Below, in pieces: positions 62,433 through 64,000 of a DNA stretch of 64,000 nt. The position numbers and the translations under genes were made by a program. Origin of the DNA: Methanothrix sp. Lineage in GTDB: Archaea > Halobacteriota > Methanosarcinia > Methanotrichales > Methanotrichaceae. The stretch's first letter is position 1. Each line of letters opens with the position of its first letter. The stretch is taken from assembly GCA_963682135.1 (NCBI GenBank), contig OY821645.1:320001-384000 (forward strand), written 5' to 3'. The notes beneath the pieces were generated by a model. The model saw only the letters and a list, made by a program, of their open reading frames with translations, ran no database searches and was not told the DNA's origin.

Positions 62433-63587
62433 TTACTTGGTTATCAGCACATCTTTTAGCGGCCTTCTTGTCGAATGCTCTTCGGCTGATCCGGCATATC
62501 CCAGCCGGAAGGCCTGCTGTACCTGCCTCATCTCTGATGGGCCAGGCAGAAGACCGGTCAGATTTTCCTTTGTCTGCTCCGTCTCCAGTGCCTGGCTCAT
62601 GGGATGCAAGCTTATTCCCAGAGCCGTTGCACAAAGCCAGAATCGCTCCAGTGCCCTTCCCGCTTTGATGGATGATATGCTATCATTATTTGCGGTTCTG
62701 ATGAAACCGAGGTATGGAGTGCTGTTGATCAGCAGAGCATCCTTTTCTGTCTGCTCCGGCCCCACATCTAAGAATACGACCGCAAGCTGTGCCATTTTAG
62801 CCTGCACGCCCGTGGGCCCCATAACGCCCTGGCTCAGCCAGTGGCCAAGCTCGCTCTTAAAGTCGGCATCGGAATACTGAATGCCGTTTGCCTGCACAAC
62901 AAGATCTTGGAAGCTTTTCTTTATGGCGAGGTCGCGGGTTATGAAAATACTTGCATCCGCATCGGAGCTTAGGCTCTTCATGCTCTCCAGATCAGACTCA
63001 GAGATTGCCCGCGTCTCGTAAGGATTGCGGTTTGTCTGGCGGGAAAGGATGGCTGAGAAGAGCCGGGGATCTCCTGATGAGTTGGTCGAGGGCTGCAATA
63101 TCACTTTAGCGGCGAGATCTTTTTCACCTGGAAGGTAAACGACACTGGAGTTGTAGCCGAAATGATCAGCGGCAACGATCAGATTTTCCAGGGCACAGCC
63201 CAAACTTATATACAGCTCTCTTTGATCTTCATCCGCAACCTGCAGCCATCTTGACTTATCGGCAAAGATCAGGATACTGTTATTGGTGACGTTAAACTTC
63301 CAGGGCTGGCTGTTATGGCTGGAGGGCGCGAGGATGGCATAATTGAGCAAGAAGGTAAGCATCTCCTCTCTGCTATCGTTTGCAGGAAAGTCGCTCTCTT
63401 TCACATTCCAGGCTTGCAGCGAAGCTTCAGGCTGCATCAAAACGCCTGCCAGCACCATCCCCAAGATCAAGAATATGCTAATCACTACAACTTTAGTCGT
63501 CGAAACTGCCATGATCGGTTGCCTCTTGTCTGCCATCGAGACTGATGAAGTCCTATTTATAATCAAGCAAAATTTGTTTTTTGGCAA
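62433..63587 (-). CDS. Acg-family FMN-binding nitroreductase with N-terminal signal/anchor
   Basis: APSSHNSQPW, ISLGCALENL, RQTNR, AGRALER and RLGY...RRP. Confidence 0.88.
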   Translation of the reverse strand: MPKNKFCLIINRTSSVSMADKRQPIMAVSTTKVVVISIFLILGMVLAGVLMQPEASLQAWNVKESDFPANDSREEMLTFLLNYAILAPSSHNSQPWKFNVTNNSILIFADKSRWLQVADEDQRELYISLGCALENLIVAADHFGYNSSVVYLPGEKDLAAKVILQPSTNSSGDPRLFSAILSRQTNRNPYETRAISESDLESMKSLSSDADASIFITRDLAIKKSFQDLVVQANGIQYSDADFKSELGHWLSQGVMGPTGVQAKMAQLAVVFLDVGPEQTEKDALLINSTPYLGFIRTANNDSISSIKAGRALERFWLCATALGISLHPMSQALETEQTKENLTGLLPGPSEMRQVQQAFRLGYAGSAEEHSTRRPLKDVLITK

Positions 63588-63663
63588 GGTTTATTTGTGA
63601 GTAATTACAGAAATCCACTGATCTGGAGGAATTGGATTGTTAAATCTATTAATTTTTAAATTT

Positions 63664-64000
63664 ATGTATGATCGTCCTGGAAAATCTCTTGTTAGATGGG
63701 GCCTACTTACCATCGCTCTAATGTTGCTTGGCACTTCATTAGCAGCCTGTGACCCCGTCAATTCCACGCAAGAAACAGTTGAGCTTCAGATATTGGCCTT
63801 TAACGATTTTCACGGCCAGATTGAGCCGCCCTCCGGCAGCGAGATTCTATACTACAACGCCAGCAATTATCCTTTTCAGGCTGAGCTTGGGGGTGCGTCA
63901 TATTTGGCAACTCAGATCAAGGCGCTTAGAGCCACCAATCCCAATACAGTAATTGTATCGGCTGGGGACTGCATTGGCGCCAGCCCGCCGGTTTCGGCGC
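63664..64000 (+). CDS. 5'-nucleotidase / UshA-like metallophosphoesterase, 3' truncated by the window
   Basis: Translated by hand: signal with LAAC, ILAFNDFHGQIE, GGASYLAT and VSAGD.IGASP. Confidence 0.88.
   Translation, partial: MYDRPGKSLVRWGLLTIALMLLGTSLAACDPVNSTQETVELQILAFNDFHGQIEPPSGSEILYYNASNYPFQAELGGASYLATQIKALRATNPNTVIVSAGDCIGASPPVSA

Overview
Archaeal chromosomal window. The gene set (geranylgeranyl reductase, archaeal RecJ/DHH, Lhr, ScpB, many signal-peptide proteins with N-glycosylation sequons) fits a Methanothrix/Methanotrichaceae-like methanogen; this is an inference, not a database match. Housekeeping genes (recJ-like, uvrA, corA, queC, glgP, scpB, lhr, GGR) are mixed with accessory genes. 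These include two giant paralogous SdrD-B/DUF11 surface proteins, three TPR proteins, a secreted clan-CD protease preceded by a stand-alone copy of its N-terminal domain, two type II TA loci, a Trypco1 plus trypsin-nSTAND1-WD40 NLR-like pair, and pseudogene/IS remnants. The best candidate for an undescribed system is the three-gene minus-strand cluster at 33226-43849. Its products look like a major subunit (237 aa), a tip (about 940 aa) and a base (about 2280 aa) of an Ig-fold surface fibre joined by C-terminal donor-strand complementation. The base may be anchored by a Gly-turn beta-repeat module instead of a membrane helix. No rRNA, tRNA or CRISPR array was recognised.
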